From the human T2T-CHM13v2.0 reference genome, Homo sapiens, in assembly GCF_009914755.1 (NCBI RefSeq), contig NC_060929.1: a DNA stretch of 64,000 nucleotides. One strand, given 5' to 3'. The notes under the pieces are model-generated. The model ran no database searches, was not told where the DNA came from, and was given only the letters and a program-made list of their open reading frames with translations. Positions 1 to 13,649 of this stretch are shown piece by piece. How positions within the stretch are numbered: the stretch's first letter is position 1; each line of letters begins with the position of its first letter. The translations under genes and the position numbers were made by a program.

Positions 1-407
1 CTTCAATTGGTTAAAAGAACACAACTTTGTCTAAAAACTTGAAGTTAGCAGAAAGGAAGGTTTATGAAAAGATAAGGATGCCATGTCAGTCAGCCAAAAT
101 ATGATAGGTTTAGATGATTAAGAGATTGATGGCCTGCAGGCATGACTTAACCGTTGCCTGCATGGCCTTAGGTCTTATTTATAATTTGGTATCTTATTGC
201 CACAAACAGTCTGTTTTGTTAGTCTTATGACCTCTTTTTAAACATGAATACCAGTCAGTTGTTATGTCCAAACTCCAAAAGCGGGGGCAGTGTATTGAGG
301 CATGTCTGTCCTTCCTTCCTGTCATGGCTGGAAACTCAGTTTTTAAGGTATCTCTGCGGTCCCTTGGCCAAGAGGGATGAGGCTTAAGATTTTATTTTTA
401 GTTTATA
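1..407 (-). mobile_element. ERV1 solo LTR (MER4-group-like), cut by window start
   Basis: Contains 'aatttggtatcttattgccaca...ggcttaagattttatttttagtttata', resembling the reverse complement of the TGTAAAC-type 5' end of MER4-group LTRs. Confidence 0.6.
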
Positions 408-567
408 CCCGGTATCTTTGGGTCTTCTTTCTGAAGTCTCCCATGTATGTTCATTAAATAAATTTGGATGCCTTTTCTCCAATTTATCTGACTTTTTTTT
501 TTGAGTTGATTTTTTTTTTCAGCAAACCTGTAGAGGGCCAAGGAGAACTTTCTCCTTGGCCCCTGCA
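408..567 (+). mobile_element. 3' end of MER34/MER39-like ERV1 LTR
   Basis: AATAAA followed by the terminus 'agcaaacctgtagagggccaaggagaactttctccttggcccctgca'. Confidence 0.5.
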
Positions 568-2462
568 TGAGTGGTATCTCACATAATGTTCTTTGCTTAA
601 ATGCTTTAGCACTTTGACTCTTACCTCCAGCTCCATGTGTTTCCCTGTGATGTTCTAACCACCAAAACAGGTTCTAGGCATCATCTCCACCCCAGCATGG
701 CCTCTTTCTGAGGAGCTGTATATGGGAAAATCTGAGCATCTTAATTTCTGTAGGACTTGGAAAAGGTGCGTTGTAGCATGCCTCAACATAAAACTTCCTA
801 ATTCATCACAATGTGCACATCTCTTTTTAGTGTCAGGGCCTAACTTTCTGTTCTTAAGTGCCTTGGTCTCATTTGGTAGCCTCAGGATAAAGAAAATAAA
901 TCTCATGAGTTTTTTGTCTTCCATAATTCCAGAAACAGCTCCATTTCTGTGAGAATATATCACTCAGAACAAAGAAGAATGTAAGAATGCAAATTGAGCC
1001 CTTAACAGGAATGGGTGCTCAGGTGCTAATTTGCAAGCAGCTACTTTTTTAAAAAAGGGCTGATGGTATATATGTATATATACATATAGGCATCTGATAT
1101 TATCATTTTGGCAAAAACCCTCATACAATATACATAGACCTTAGACACAAACAATGCAGAATGAAAGTTGTTAATGATGTCTGTGCTTACAAATAATAAT
1201 GACTATTCAGTAAGTCTAAAAACTAAAGTTGAGATACTTTCTTTGCCCTCTACCTTAAAATTAAGAAACAGATGGCCATCTGTAGCCATATATTTCTCGT
1301 TGTTGCGAGTAAATGCAGCCACAAGAGCTTATTTTATGCTAAAAGCCTCCATCTGCTAGATGTAATCTTTTTGTACCTGTAGAAAAATGAATAAAATACG
1401 GACCTGCTTGCTTCTGACCTTGACTCTCAGACAGATTATGCACCTACGCTAGTTTCCTTTTCTCCTTGACAGGTGTTAATCTTAAAATGATGGCAGCGTA
1501 GTCTTTTGACAGTTTCATCCTTTTACCTAAATGGGGGTGAATTGGGCTTCATATTTCTGGTTGGCATATGTTTTGTTGCTATGCAAGGAGTGGATTTTCC
1601 CTTAATGAGCAATACATTGTGGCTCTTCGCAGCATCTTTTCTTGAAAAAATACTCAAGCATCCTGTGACTCTTTTTTTTTTTTGCCAAGCATAAACAAAA
1701 AATCATTATAAATAAAAATAATCTTAAAAAAATCCTCATGTGTTGTGGATCTCTTTATTTATTGGAGGGAAAGAAAAATAGGGTAAACAGAATGAGTCAC
1801 TGAGAATGTCCCGATTCATTTGCTTCCACCTTTTCAGACCCAGCCTCAAATGGCTCCCTACCTCTCTTCCTGCCTTCTGTTCACCACCATCACCATGACA
1901 TTGTTCTCTAGGGACTGTGTGTTTCTTTTTTTGTGGTTATTTGTAATGGGGGTGCTATTTAAACAGAATTCATTGTCATTCAGGCTTCCTTTGGTTCAGA
2001 TATGTTTCTTCTGTTTTTACTCAGGTCTGTAGAAAGTTGGAGTTGAAGAAAAGACCTTAGAGGTTACTCTCCTCATTTTATAAGTTAAAAAAAAAAACCT
2101 GAGGCAAGGAGAAGAGACTGGCAGCCCAAGGCAAAACCACAACTGGACATTGAGTATTTCTTTTCTCTGATATATGGATTGTGAAAATCACAGAGAGAAA
2201 TAACATGAGTCTTAATGTGTATGTTGCACTAGTATGCCTGACTCCAAACGGGACTATTTTCATTAACTTCCTTGAGCAAAGTAGAATGCCTGAGAGTGCT
2301 TTTTAAGTATAAGAGTGAAAAACTAAGAAGAATTTAAGAATAATTTCAAGACAGTTTATTGTGGAAGCATAGTCCTACTATAATTTTCAATGTAATTACT
2401 TCCTAGCTCAATACATTTGTTTTAGTGATAGACAAGCTTTCTGTTGTTACAAAGGAAAAACT

Positions 2463-2484
2463 ATGTATGTGTATGTGTGTGTAG

Positions 2485-2538
<54 letters not shown>

Positions 2539-2545
2539 GTATATA
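2463..2545. repeat. (TG)n/(TA)n compound microsatellite
   Basis: Read directly. Confidence 0.95.
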
Positions 2546-2759
2546 AAAGTTTGGACCAAAGACAGAGGAGAAATCACTCATGCTTAAAGGAAGACGACTT
2601 TGGGCAAAACTCGCAGTGTGATCCTGCACAAGTTACTTTACCTTGTTATGCCTCAGTTGCTCCATCTTTAAAAAAGAAGCTAGGTCTATGCCTTGGTTTC
2701 TCCATCTTGCTTGCTTGCTTGCTTAAAAAAGCAACAACAAAATCTGATCTAGATCTTCA

Positions 2760-3131
2760 AGGGTAGTCTTGGATCAGCATGATTATCATCACCTGGGAAC
2801 TCATTAGAAATGCAAATTTTCCTTCTTTCTACTTCTTCTTTTCTTTTTCTTTTTTCTTTTTTTAAGAGTCAGGATCTCTGTTACCCAGGTTGGAGTGCAG
2901 TGTCATGATCATAGCTCACTGTAGCCTTGAACTCCTGAACTCCTAAACTCAAATGATCCTCCTGCCTCAGCCTCCCAAAGTGCTGGGATTACAGGCATGA
3001 GCCACCTTACCCAATCAGAAATGCATATTTTCAGACCCCACCCAGATTTACAGTTCTGCAACTCTGGCAATCTGTCTTTTAACCTGCCCTTCAGGTGATT
3101 GTGATCCATGCTCAAATTTGAGAACTGCTCT
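2760..3131 (+). mobile_element. MER5A (hAT-Charlie MITE) split by an Alu monomer
   Basis: 'atcacctgggaactcattagaaatgcaaattt' resumes as 'agaaatgcatattttcagaccccacccaga...ttgagaactgct'. Confidence 0.75.
2820..3012 (-). mobile_element. Alu monomer (FAM/FRAM-like or arm-recombined AluJ)
   Basis: T-rich tail plus about 150 bp joining a right-arm 3' end to a left-arm 5' end; TSD approx. agaaatgca(a/t)attt. Confidence 0.8.
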
Positions 3132-3544
3132 GAATAATCCCACTAGAAAAGCTTGAATGCCAGATGCCTGAGCTAATGCTGCAGAAGAACTGAAATGGCC
3201 AGTCTTCCTGGTCTCAGAGCTCACTTCCAGGTGGTAAGTCTGTGAGTCTAAGATTCTACTTGATTTCTCCCGTTGCTTCTTGCATTCCTGTATCACCTTT
3301 CTGCCAGTAGAAATCAAATAACAGTTTACCTTTCAGAGTGCAAGACAGACCTATGTAGAAAGCCTTCCAGCAGCAGTACCAACTGGGAACTAGTTTTAGA
3401 TTCAGAAAAGTAAGTGTTTGCAGTCATGTGCATTCAGTGAGTGAGTCTCATTACTGAAAAAGGAGAGTTCATGTTGGCTATGAAGTCCTTCTTGCAGTCT
3501 TGGGTTTTTCTGGTCTTACCCCAGTGGAAGCAGTATTGCCTAAT

Positions 3545-4100
<556 letters not shown>

Positions 4101-6174
4101 GTCCACTTCTCAGGATTCTGCAGCTTTCAAATGAGGGTGCTGATTTTCTTTTTTTGTACTAATGTGTGAGAGGTATGTAAATATGAAAGAAAATTAAGTA
4201 TTTGAAAAATTATATCTGGGAAGTATGTTATACATGCAGCAATTGTGCAATGGTCAATGATGTCAAAAAGAGGAAAGAGTTAGATATCATGACAGTATCT
4301 CAAAAAGAGAACAGATTAGCACACCTAATCCCTTTTATAGTGTTCTCTAAACATACCTCTCGCCTCCTCACAGTGCTGAATTCTGACCCTGTTCTTTTGG
4401 ATCACTTCCAAAGTTCACTGAGCTCTAATTAATTGGCTTCCCAGATTAGGCAAGTCTTCTATTATATGCTAATACCACCCCCATATTTCTCCTTTTGCAG
4501 CACTTATTACCCTCAAAACAATTTGCTCAGTTGGTCCTCACTTGGCTCTTAGCTCTATAAGGGCCAGAACCATGCCTTTGAATTCTGTCTTCATGGTTTA
4601 GCTCAGCTCTTAGTGCAAATATCATAGTCATTCCCTGGCAGGTCATGGCACAAATGGGCTTTCTGAGTGAGTAACTTGTGTGCTGAGATACTGATCACTT
4701 AGCCCTTCAGGATCTGGGCTCAGGTAGAGATTGCAAGGGTCTCAGGACCAGTCTCTTTCCACCTCTGGCAGCTTCATCTGTTTACACCAGTATGAAGTAA
4801 AATTGTCTTATGTGCGCCATTATGTTAAGAAAGTTGGAAAACATTGCAATCGTTGGGTGGGTAAAAGAACAGCTATATAGATGGATGAATAGTTGGATGT
4901 CCCAACTTACGAGAAATTATGCTCGTCTATTGTACAATGTAATAAAGTCAAAGAACTAGGTGGGTCTATCACAGGACAGATTCAATGACAAATAGTCTGA
5001 AACAAAGCTCAGTTGATTGATTGCTAGGCAAGGGAGACCCACATTCCTTAGGAAAGATACTTTAGTTTCTTTAAATAGAAAACAAGAGAGTTAGATCTAG
5101 TCTAAGAAAGAAACTTTATTTTAAGTAAGGTAAAAATCTGAGAGTTAATTTCTGATTGGATTAAAAATAGACTGGAAGGTCTCTGTTGGGACAGGCTATT
5201 ACTCAGTTTTGTGTCATTGACACTGAGAACATAGTCCTTAGTCAGGCTCTCCAGAATGGGTTAGTAGACTCTGGATCACTTTGCAGGCAACACTAAATAT
5301 GCCTGTTCCAAGCCTAGGTAGAACTTTCCTTTCACATAGAAGCACTGAGAAAAATCCTTTCTTTGATAGCTTCATTGTAATTTAACCAGTTGTTTCAGTA
5401 AAATGGTTCCATGGTGTTGGTTGAAGAAAGGTAGTTATACATTTGTCATCATTGCTGGTTACAACAATAACAACTAAATGTTGATTGTTCCAGTTGTTGT
5501 CCAAGTTAGGGATATTAGTTGAACAGTACTAAATAGATGCAAATGTCAGAAATTTTTAATACTTAAACAGAACTGGAGTGAAACAGAAGGGAAGAAAAAT
5601 TTTTAACTCTTCCACCTCACCATTCTCTACCTTGTACCTTACACTATTTCCTCAAGGCAGAATGCCCTTGAAAGGCCTTGTATTTGCCAAATAATTTTCC
5701 TGTTGTTTCCAACTACTGTCTTAAGGTGTCTCTGCTACAGTTTGGAGGCTTGCTGGGAGTAGCATAACTTATATGTTAAATTTGGTTATGTGGGGTTTAA
5801 GCTATCTGTGCTTTATTAGGCACCTGTTAGGTGGGGATAGAAATCATGGAGTCTGGCTGAGGCCTACCTGGTGATGGTGTAAGTCATGAAATAAGACATG
5901 AAGAGCAAGACCCCAAATAGGTTACATAAGACAAGTTCATCTTCCTTGGGTGGGTTGCCATGGCAATTGGTGGTGGTGGTAGCAATGAGATTTGGAGGAA
6001 ACAGGGAAAGAGATGACAATATTGGGACTTAGAAAAAATTTGTGAAATTGTTTTCCTAAGAGGCTTGGACTACCCTGTGCCCAGTTAAAATTCCTATCCT
6101 TTTTTGAATTCAAAGCATTTCTGCCCCCTCTGTTAGGGGCCATAACTATTACAGAAATGGATTCTGGACCTCTT

Positions 6175-6178
6175 AATA

Positions 6179-6203
<25 letters not shown>
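6175..6203. repeat. (AAC)n microsatellite
   Basis: Read directly. Confidence 0.9.
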
Positions 6204-6209
<6 letters not shown>

Positions 6210-7049
6210 GAATATTTAGGGTAGAATTGTAAACCTAGACATGAGCTCTTGTTGTTGTTGTTCATACGAGCCAGACCCTAAACTTTAGCATTCATAGTTA
6301 TGATTCTCTTTCTGCAGAGATGCAGTTCTTGCTGGTGGAGAGCGACTGTAAAATAATGAGGACAGCTGCCCATCATCTCCTAGGGGTGGGTCAGGCAAGA
6401 GGTGAGGCCGTAACATACAGATAAAAGCTTTCCATGGAGAAACTTCATGGGGGGTGAAGTACAATGAATAAAACACAAGTCAACCAAGGAGAAGTATGAA
6501 ATCATTGCTTCTGGAGAGAAAAGCCCAAACAAACTCAAACGTGAAAATAAAATGAAAATGTCTTTATAGGATGAAAGAAAGAAAAGCAATTCAGAGGAAA
6601 AAGTAGAAAAGGTGGAATTGAGCCTACGCTTGTTATTATCTAACTTGATTCTACTTGGAGCTCAAATGGTTTTCAGAGGATCTGCCTTAAATTGCTTTTT
6701 AAAATAAAGAACTTATGTAAAGACTGCTTATTTCTTTGGAGTTCTAAAGCATACTATAAAGGAAGCAAAGCGATAATTATTTATAATATTCTGTAAGCCA
6801 AGTTGCTAAACTCGCCTCACTCTTGATTTGCTATTATGAAGTCAGTGGCTCCAATTAGGTACAGAGGGGAAGAATAAGAGCAGGGACAGAGTTTCTTGAT
6901 TCTTCTTTGTCCTTCCTTCATTTCTCTCTCTCACTCCACCATGAAGGACTGAGATTATATTGCCTTTGATTTGGCTGACCTATTCTGGTGAATACCAAAC
7001 ATAATGGTAAAGACATATTCCCCCCAAAATGGTGTGTCCTCATCTCTGC

Positions 7050-7215
7050 GGAGTTCAAAGATACCCCCCACCAATTTAGTAAACTACAGTTTAATCCCCA
7101 CACAGAGCTTCTGATTCAATAATTGAAGGTGGGGTCTTCTAATCTGCATTTTAAACAAGCACCCTAAGTAATCTTAATGCAGATAATCCAGGGATCATAG
7201 TTTGAGACATATGGA
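7050..7215 (+). mobile_element. MER5B-like hAT MITE fragment
   Basis: 'ttctgattcaat...aatctgcattttaaacaagcaccctaagtaatctt...agtttgaga'. Confidence 0.55.
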
Positions 7216-7373
7216 CATTGGCATATGTATGTGGTAGGCCTTGATGTCAGATAGATATGGTTTGAATATCAGCTTGGCCACCTTCTAGTTGTGTGACCTT
7301 GGGCAAGTTACCTGATATTTCTGTGCCTGTTTCTCCCTGTATAAAAAGGGAATAACATTAGTATCTACCTCAT

Positions 7374-8996
7374 CAGTGCTGATGATAATCCTGAATGTCC
7401 AAAATCCCAAGAGATTAAAATCCTGAATGTTGAAATCCTGAAAGCTGAATTATGGGGAAGGGATTAGTGTGTTTGTGTTTATATGCAGGATAGTTGCATC
7501 ATGCTACTTAAATCATGTTAGGTGGAACTTTTGCCTTGCTATTGTCTTTATTTGCATTTGGTGGAAAATTCAGATGAGTAGGTTGGAAACACAATATGGC
7601 AATGATGAAAACTTCAGTTTAAAAATGTGTCATTTGTCTGCATTGGCATTCCTTCCAATGAATGAAATTCCCAGACTTTTAATGAGTTAAAGCCACATTT
7701 GCCTTAGGAAGCCAGTGAAGTTACTGACTGTTTTAAAAATAATTTTGTGCATGGTAGGTTAAGAAGACACTTATGCAGTGGTGTTGCTGTTTCATTACCA
7801 CTATTGTTTCCATCAAATCTGTGGTCTGTGTATCAGTGTATGCAGAATGGATTTCCATGTCCCCAAAACAGCATGGCACAGAAAATGGAAAAATTTAACA
7901 GGGAATGCTCACATCGGTGTATATCAAGTCGTAGAAGAATTTCAAAAAGAGCAGGGCCATGTAGAAAATGAATATGAACATGTTCTACAAGGAAAGCCAT
8001 ACCCTAAAAGAAAAAAATGCAGCTATTTATTGAGATGCAAAGCTTCAAAATATAGTTAATGATCATGAAAGTTGGCCAGCTCTTATGGACTACCTCCGTG
8101 CAATTGTCCATCATCTGTCTCTGTGATATATTTTTTTCACATGTTGTTTTTTTTAAGTTTTATTCCCCACTTATCTAAGTCATTAGCATTATTTTTTACA
8201 ATTTATTATGCTACATATTTCATCTTTGCATCATTTCTAATACTGGAGGCATAAATTGAGCAAAGACTTCTACTGAGTACTAATTCATTTTGTGCATTTT
8301 TTTTTCAAATTTGACTCCATGAAATGCATTATCACAATGTTGACTTTGTGGGTAAACTTTGAGCATGTATGTAAAAATCTTGAAAATTTCTCAATACATA
8401 GAGATGCCATTTTTGTATATTTATACTTGCAAAGGATAAAATTTCTTGATCTTGGCTCTGAGTGACTGCATATTTGGTGGTAACCCATCACAGTTTTTGG
8501 TCCATCTTGTCAAAAGACTTAAGTTGTCCATAACAGTATTTCAAATGACTGTAGGTATAAAACTGGGTGCATGCAATTACCAACCATAGTGATACAAGTT
8601 TATACTTTTTGCTTTTTGACTTATTTCTTTATGAATACTATTTGTCTGCTCATAACTCTTATGCCCATGCAATTGTCATTAGTATACCTGAATGTTCATG
8701 CTCACAAAATACCTATGTTATTATAGGCTCTCTTACTGTGTAAAGAGGCCTACAAAGTGTTCTGCCATGTTTTTATATGTTTCTCAAATAAGTACTCTTC
8801 ACAAATGTAAATAAATATCTTTTAAATAATTTTTTTAAAATTATTTTTTTCCAGAATTATATTTATGGGATTTTGGTCTTTTGGGATTGTGATGTTTAGA
8901 ACTTTAAGCTGGAGAGATTCTGGTCTTTCAAGATTTCAACATTTGGGATTTTGGTGTTTCAGGATTTTGTGTCTTTTGGGATTATGGCCCAAACCC
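7374..8996 (+). mobile_element. Ricksha-like MULE/MuDR DNA transposon, copy 1
   Basis: Subterminal 'aatccc/aatcctgaa' arrays at left and 'gggatt' arrays at right; terminus gggattatggcccaaaccc; 9-bp TSD ctacctcat (7365-7373) / ctacatcat (8997-9005); transposase remnant inside. Confidence 0.85.
7520..8110 (+). pseudogene. Frameshifted C-terminal fragment of a Mutator-type transposase
   Basis: Overlapping ORFs give WWKIQ...HLSALAFLP, PLLFPSNLWSVY...GFPCPQN and AWHRKW...AHIGVYQVVEEFQKEQ, motifs resembling MULE DDE transposases. Confidence 0.7.
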
Positions 8997-9172
8997 CTAC
9001 ATCATGGAGTTGTATCAGAAAGACATGCTTGATAGAGTGTGCCACACAGAGTAAGCCCTCAAGAAGAAAGTTATGTTGTCATTTTTATTGTTAATAATGG
9101 ACTTGGTAATCCCTTCTTGGAACCTTTTAGACTCTTGTGTACAAGGAAGGAAAGTGAACTTGAGCTAGCTTA

Positions 9173-9216
9173 CTTGTCTAAACTCACTCCTCCTCTTGTC
9201 TAAACTCACTCCTCCT
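9173..9216. repeat. Perfect 22-bp tandem duplication
   Basis: cttgtctaaactcactcctcct x2. Confidence 0.9.
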
Positions 9217-9234
9217 TAGCATCTCCTCCTCTTG

Positions 9235-9500
9235 TCTGTGTGCCATCATCTTGCTTCTGTTCCAGATAAGGCTTTCCCTTTGCAGCGGAAAATGTGCCAT
9301 CAGATAGCTTCAGGATTTTATCCTTATAGGTTGACCAGAGAGGAAAAGAAACCTCCTACCAGCACTAGCCAGATAAATGGGAGGGAGGCCGATTGGCTGA
9401 GCTGAAATCATATGCCCATCCCTGTACCAATTCCTGCATGCTCTGCCATGATTGGTTGGCCTGGGTTGTGTGTCCAGCCCCCATCAGAAGGTAGAGGGAC
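9235..9500 (-). mobile_element. Old MaLR LTR fragment (MLT1J/K-like)
   Basis: 'gattggctgagctgaaatcatatgcccatccctgtaccaat' is typical of old MLT1 elements. Confidence 0.45.
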
Positions 9501-10079
9501 TCATGCTGGACAGACAAGACCCTTATTCACTACTTGTTTCTTCTCTGCAACCCTGTAATTCTGCACCTATTGTACATACACAGCCCAAACCCTGTAGACA
9601 TTGGGGACAGCGCAAGACTGAAACAGACATTATCCCTGCCTTCATGGAAGTTACAGTCTAGTGCAGAAGTAAGCTCTCAGAATGAAGGGAAAAAGACAAT
9701 ATATGATTGATCTAATCTTGGCCCCTATCCAATAGTAGAAACTGAGGAAACAGTACAGTAATATGAAGAGTATGATCTGGAAAATAAAAGTAACTTGAAT
9801 AAATAAACTTGGGGGAAGTGGTTAGTGCATGATAGACATAGAAACCTTTGAAATGCTTAAAGTAGCACTGAATTCCCATGCCTCATCCCCTACAATTCTA
9901 TGACAAGCGATGAATAAATTACTACAGAAAAATCAATGGTCTGGGTGGGTCTGTCTCAGCTAATCTGAATCTTTTGCAGAATTTACTCAGACATCCAGGA
10001 CTCAAATTCATTATTTCTCCTTTTAAAATGGGATGATTCACCTCCCATTTTACAGTCATCAGCAATTAAATCAGATTAA

Positions 10080-10480
10080 CAATAAGCTAACATTTATTGA
10101 CCTCTTATTGTGTGCCAGGTAATGTTGTAGGTGCTTTATGTGGATTAATTCATTTAATCCTCTCACTAACCCTGTGAGTTTAGGTATTGTTATCTTTATT
10201 ACACCGATAAGAAGACAGGCATGAGGAGTCTAAGTGAGTCTGTCATTTATTGAATATTTACAAGATTCGGGGCTCAGTGCAATTTTTATTTTAATTCACT
10301 GAATCCTTGTAATAATACTAAGAAATAGGTGCTGTTTATATACCCAGTTTAAAGATGAGGCATTGAGGTTTGGACAAGTTAAAAACTTGCTCAAGGTTAC
10401 AAAACAAATGAGTGTCAGAATCTGGTCAGGGACCCAGATCCTCCGATTGAGATCCTGTTCTTTTAACCACTGATTTACAG
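10080..10480 (-). mobile_element. Two adjacent MIR fragments
   Basis: 'tgtgccaggt...catttaatcctc' and 'gatgaggcattgagg...acttgctcaaggttaca'. Confidence 0.65.
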
Positions 10481-11724
10481 ACTTGCTGGCCAAAACAGCT
10501 ATTGGTAAAGTACATGCCTTATCATTGCAAATGCATTTGAAGGAGAATTTGTTGTTCTGTCTATCATAAACTCCTTGGAGGAAGATAGTGCCTCTTAGGC
10601 CTCTTCTCTCTTCCTTTTAGTCCTTTTCTACAAATCAAAGTTGCCTTGAGCTGCCCATATAGAAGTGACAACAAATACAGTATTTTTAATATTTGGTTTT
10701 ACATTCGACCATTACTTTTTTTTAAAAAGGTGCACGTTCTGTGTACTAGGTGCTGTGCTAGGCAATGAGAATTCTAAGTAGGCTCCCTTTTATACCTTGA
10801 TTTCACTCTGGTGACTTCCTGCATAGCAATGATCATGATTTGCAATTTTCATTCATTTACTTATTTATTATCTGTCTTCACATTAGAACATATGGTCTAA
10901 GTGAACTTCTCTGTTCTGTTACCTTCCGTGTCCCCAGAGTTTAGGTCAATGCTTGACATATTTTAGGTGCTTGTTAAACATCTATTAAGTGAAGAAACAT
11001 GAAGAAATGAACCAAAGAACAAATAAACTGAGTTTATTAGGTGATGAGTAGGCTTTTCCATTTTCTGTTGTTGATATATTCTGATGATTTTTAATACCAC
11101 TTCTCCCATTTCCTTTTGTGTATTGCATCCACACATGACTTTTGTTCCTGGGGAGTAACTGAACAGGCACCAGAATTAGCCTGGGATTACAGAATCTAAA
11201 GCAGTGACAGCATAGAGACTTAGCACTAACTGGAAGTTATGTTCCAGAAAGTGATGACTGAATGCCTTCAATACAGTTTCTTTTTACTCAGGGTCATAGA
11301 GTTTCTCCCACATCCAAAAAAATGTGGTTTCTTTATTTTGGTATAACTGACCATCGGACATGGGAGTGGGGGTCTTTTTCACTTTGGTGGAGCAGCAGGC
11401 CTGACACTGGATATGTTAAGTGAAAGCTAAAGAATTGAGAAAATTCCCTCTCTTTCACAGCCTGGTTTTCAAACCTGTTATCTTAGCTGAAGACTGACAA
11501 ATATTTCTCTTGCAATGGAGTAAAAGGCTGAGAGGCTACACAAGAACATGAGTGAGAGAAAAATAAAAATATTGGAAAATAAAAATAGCTACAAAATTAT
11601 TGGATTTCTGATGCTACTATCTTTATTGTATGCAGAGAAGTTTCTGTTCAAGCTTCTGCAGTAGTGTGCCAAGGACGTTTTCTTTATTGTTCACCTGGAA
11701 AGAATGCAAAATGTGTTGAAAGAT

Positions 11725-11919
11725 CAGGGGTCAACAATGTTTTTCTGTAAAGGCCCAGATGGTGAATATTTAAGGCTCTGCGGATCATACTATCTTTGTC
11801 ACACTACTCAGTTCTGCTGCTGTAGTGCAAAAGCAGCCATAGACAACACGTATATGAATGAGCATGGCTGCTGCAATAAAACTTCGTTACAAAAACAGGT
11901 GTACTTTGCCAGCCTATGG
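11725..11919 (+). mobile_element. MER58A (hAT-Charlie)
   Basis: 'caggggtcaacaa...tttctgtaaaggcccagatggtgaatattta...gcaaaagcagccatagacaa...caataaaactt'. Confidence 0.8.
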
Positions 11920-13649
11920 ACTAGACGGTGTTTTGGTATTTAATTTGCATAAAAGTATGGAACCTGAAACAAAGACCCTTTCCCTCTACCATACACACAC
12001 AGTAGGTAGATAGACCGATTTGAAAACCCCAGTTTGATGTGAAAATAACAAAAATCAGTTGGGCTTTACACATTTCCACACACTTTTGTTATTTCAATCA
12101 GTTTTGCATGAGCATATCCTGAAAATTAGATTTATCTAGTTTAACCTCAAAAATTAAAAAAAAAAAGATAAAAGAGACTCAGAATCCTATCCTATTTCCT
12201 CTTAAGGGCCAGCCAACTTGGAGTCCTCTATGTATAAAAATGCAGACCTCAGCAATGAAAACACCCAAGATCAAAGCTTTGGAAGTATATTACCTTTAGA
12301 AAAAAATCCAGAGCTGCATTAAAAATTGCCAAGCTTCATCCGCTGCACCCTCCCAGAAGAGCTCACTGGCCCAGTGCCACCTTGCCCCAGAGGCCAGCTT
12401 GCCCTTGGCCATCAATCTCTGCTCGATGAAGCCAGGCCCCACAAATCACATGGCTTCCCATTGACTTTCTGCCAGAGTGAGGTAACCAAAGCTCTTCTTT
12501 AAGCCGAGAGGCATAACACGCAGTTCCTTTCTGCCCAGTTGCTAAACGGGAACTTCCAGGTCAAAGGAGTCCACCTCTGTGCACAGAGGCCATAGACCAA
12601 GAGAGGATCAACATTTATGGAGTCCCTTCCATGTTCTAAGCACTGTATTTGGATATCGGGATACCCAAGTGTGTAAGACACATTTGGAATTCTCTGGCTT
12701 TGAGGTGTGCACAGAATTATATGATGTAAATTCTGGGAAAGAGCAGAGAATAAGTCTGGGCTTAGTGTCAGCTGATTGTAGGCAGCATCGGCCCATTAGG
12801 TTAACTCCTGAGCATCAGTAGCTCCACACATTTTGGCCCATGCTACATTAGCTAAAGCCCATAAAGCCTTGTATAAACAGAGACAGCTTTAATTGAATAA
12901 AATATGTCATTGGCTTCTTCCCTGCCAGGTTCACTGTTTCTCAGTGACTTCCATGGTCTCCATTCTCTTCTTTATAGCTGGCAAGAGGTTCCCTTCTCCG
13001 GAGGAGATATGAGTCAGAACTGTTAAAAGTATGGCTCTCCCATCCTTTTTCCTGGAAAGACACCATTCTTTCCTTGCTGAATCTCTACAGTTTTAGGTGA
13101 GTCAGCAGCAGTAGTAGGGTACTTCACAGGATCGGTTGACACTTCCAGTGCCAACTGATGCTTGTCTCCACTTCAGGGTGACAGCATAGAGACTTAGCAC
13201 TAACTAGAAGCACTAACTTCAAGGTAGTCTTTTACACTTGACATATTATTTCACTTGGTTGCACCTAATGTAATCTTTGTAAAAACAGTCATTAATTAAT
13301 CCATTCAAATGAATGAATTTATCAAATATTACTTGAGCATCTCCCATGGCACAGTACTGTTAGGTAACTTGATAAGAAGGTGCAGGTCCACCAGGCTGAT
13401 GAGTCCTCTGCCATCCTCCCCACCCATCCCAATTCCTGCACTATAACTATGAGTGTATTTGTAAGATGGGCACTAGTCTAATCTTTGACTTTGGCCTAAA
13501 ATGGAAAAGATGTCATTGTCCTCTTTGGTTTTCCAGGAAGGAAGACTTGTAGATGGTCAAGAGGTCCAGATGATTTCTAAGGACTAAACAGTCACAGATG
13601 GACAAGTATCATTCTTCAGGGATTCTGATTCTTGGACCACATTAAGCCT

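Larger units (their letters stand above)
7225..9095 (+). mobile_element. MIR split by Ricksha-like element (halves 7225-7373 and 8997-9095)
   Basis: 'tgtgaccttgggcaagtta...atctacctcat' resumes as 'ctacatcatggagttgt...cagagtaagccctcaa'. Confidence 0.75.

Noticed and set aside
655-963. 102-aa minus-strand ORF and overlapping short ORFs
   Set aside because: No recognisable domain or exon structure; length is compatible with chance
6175-6262. (AAC)n followed by (TTG)n as a functional hairpin
   Set aside because: Short complementary microsatellites with no other support
11204-13205. CRISPR-like array suggested by the 28-bp repeat
   Set aside because: Only two copies 2 kb apart, eukaryotic context and no cas genes
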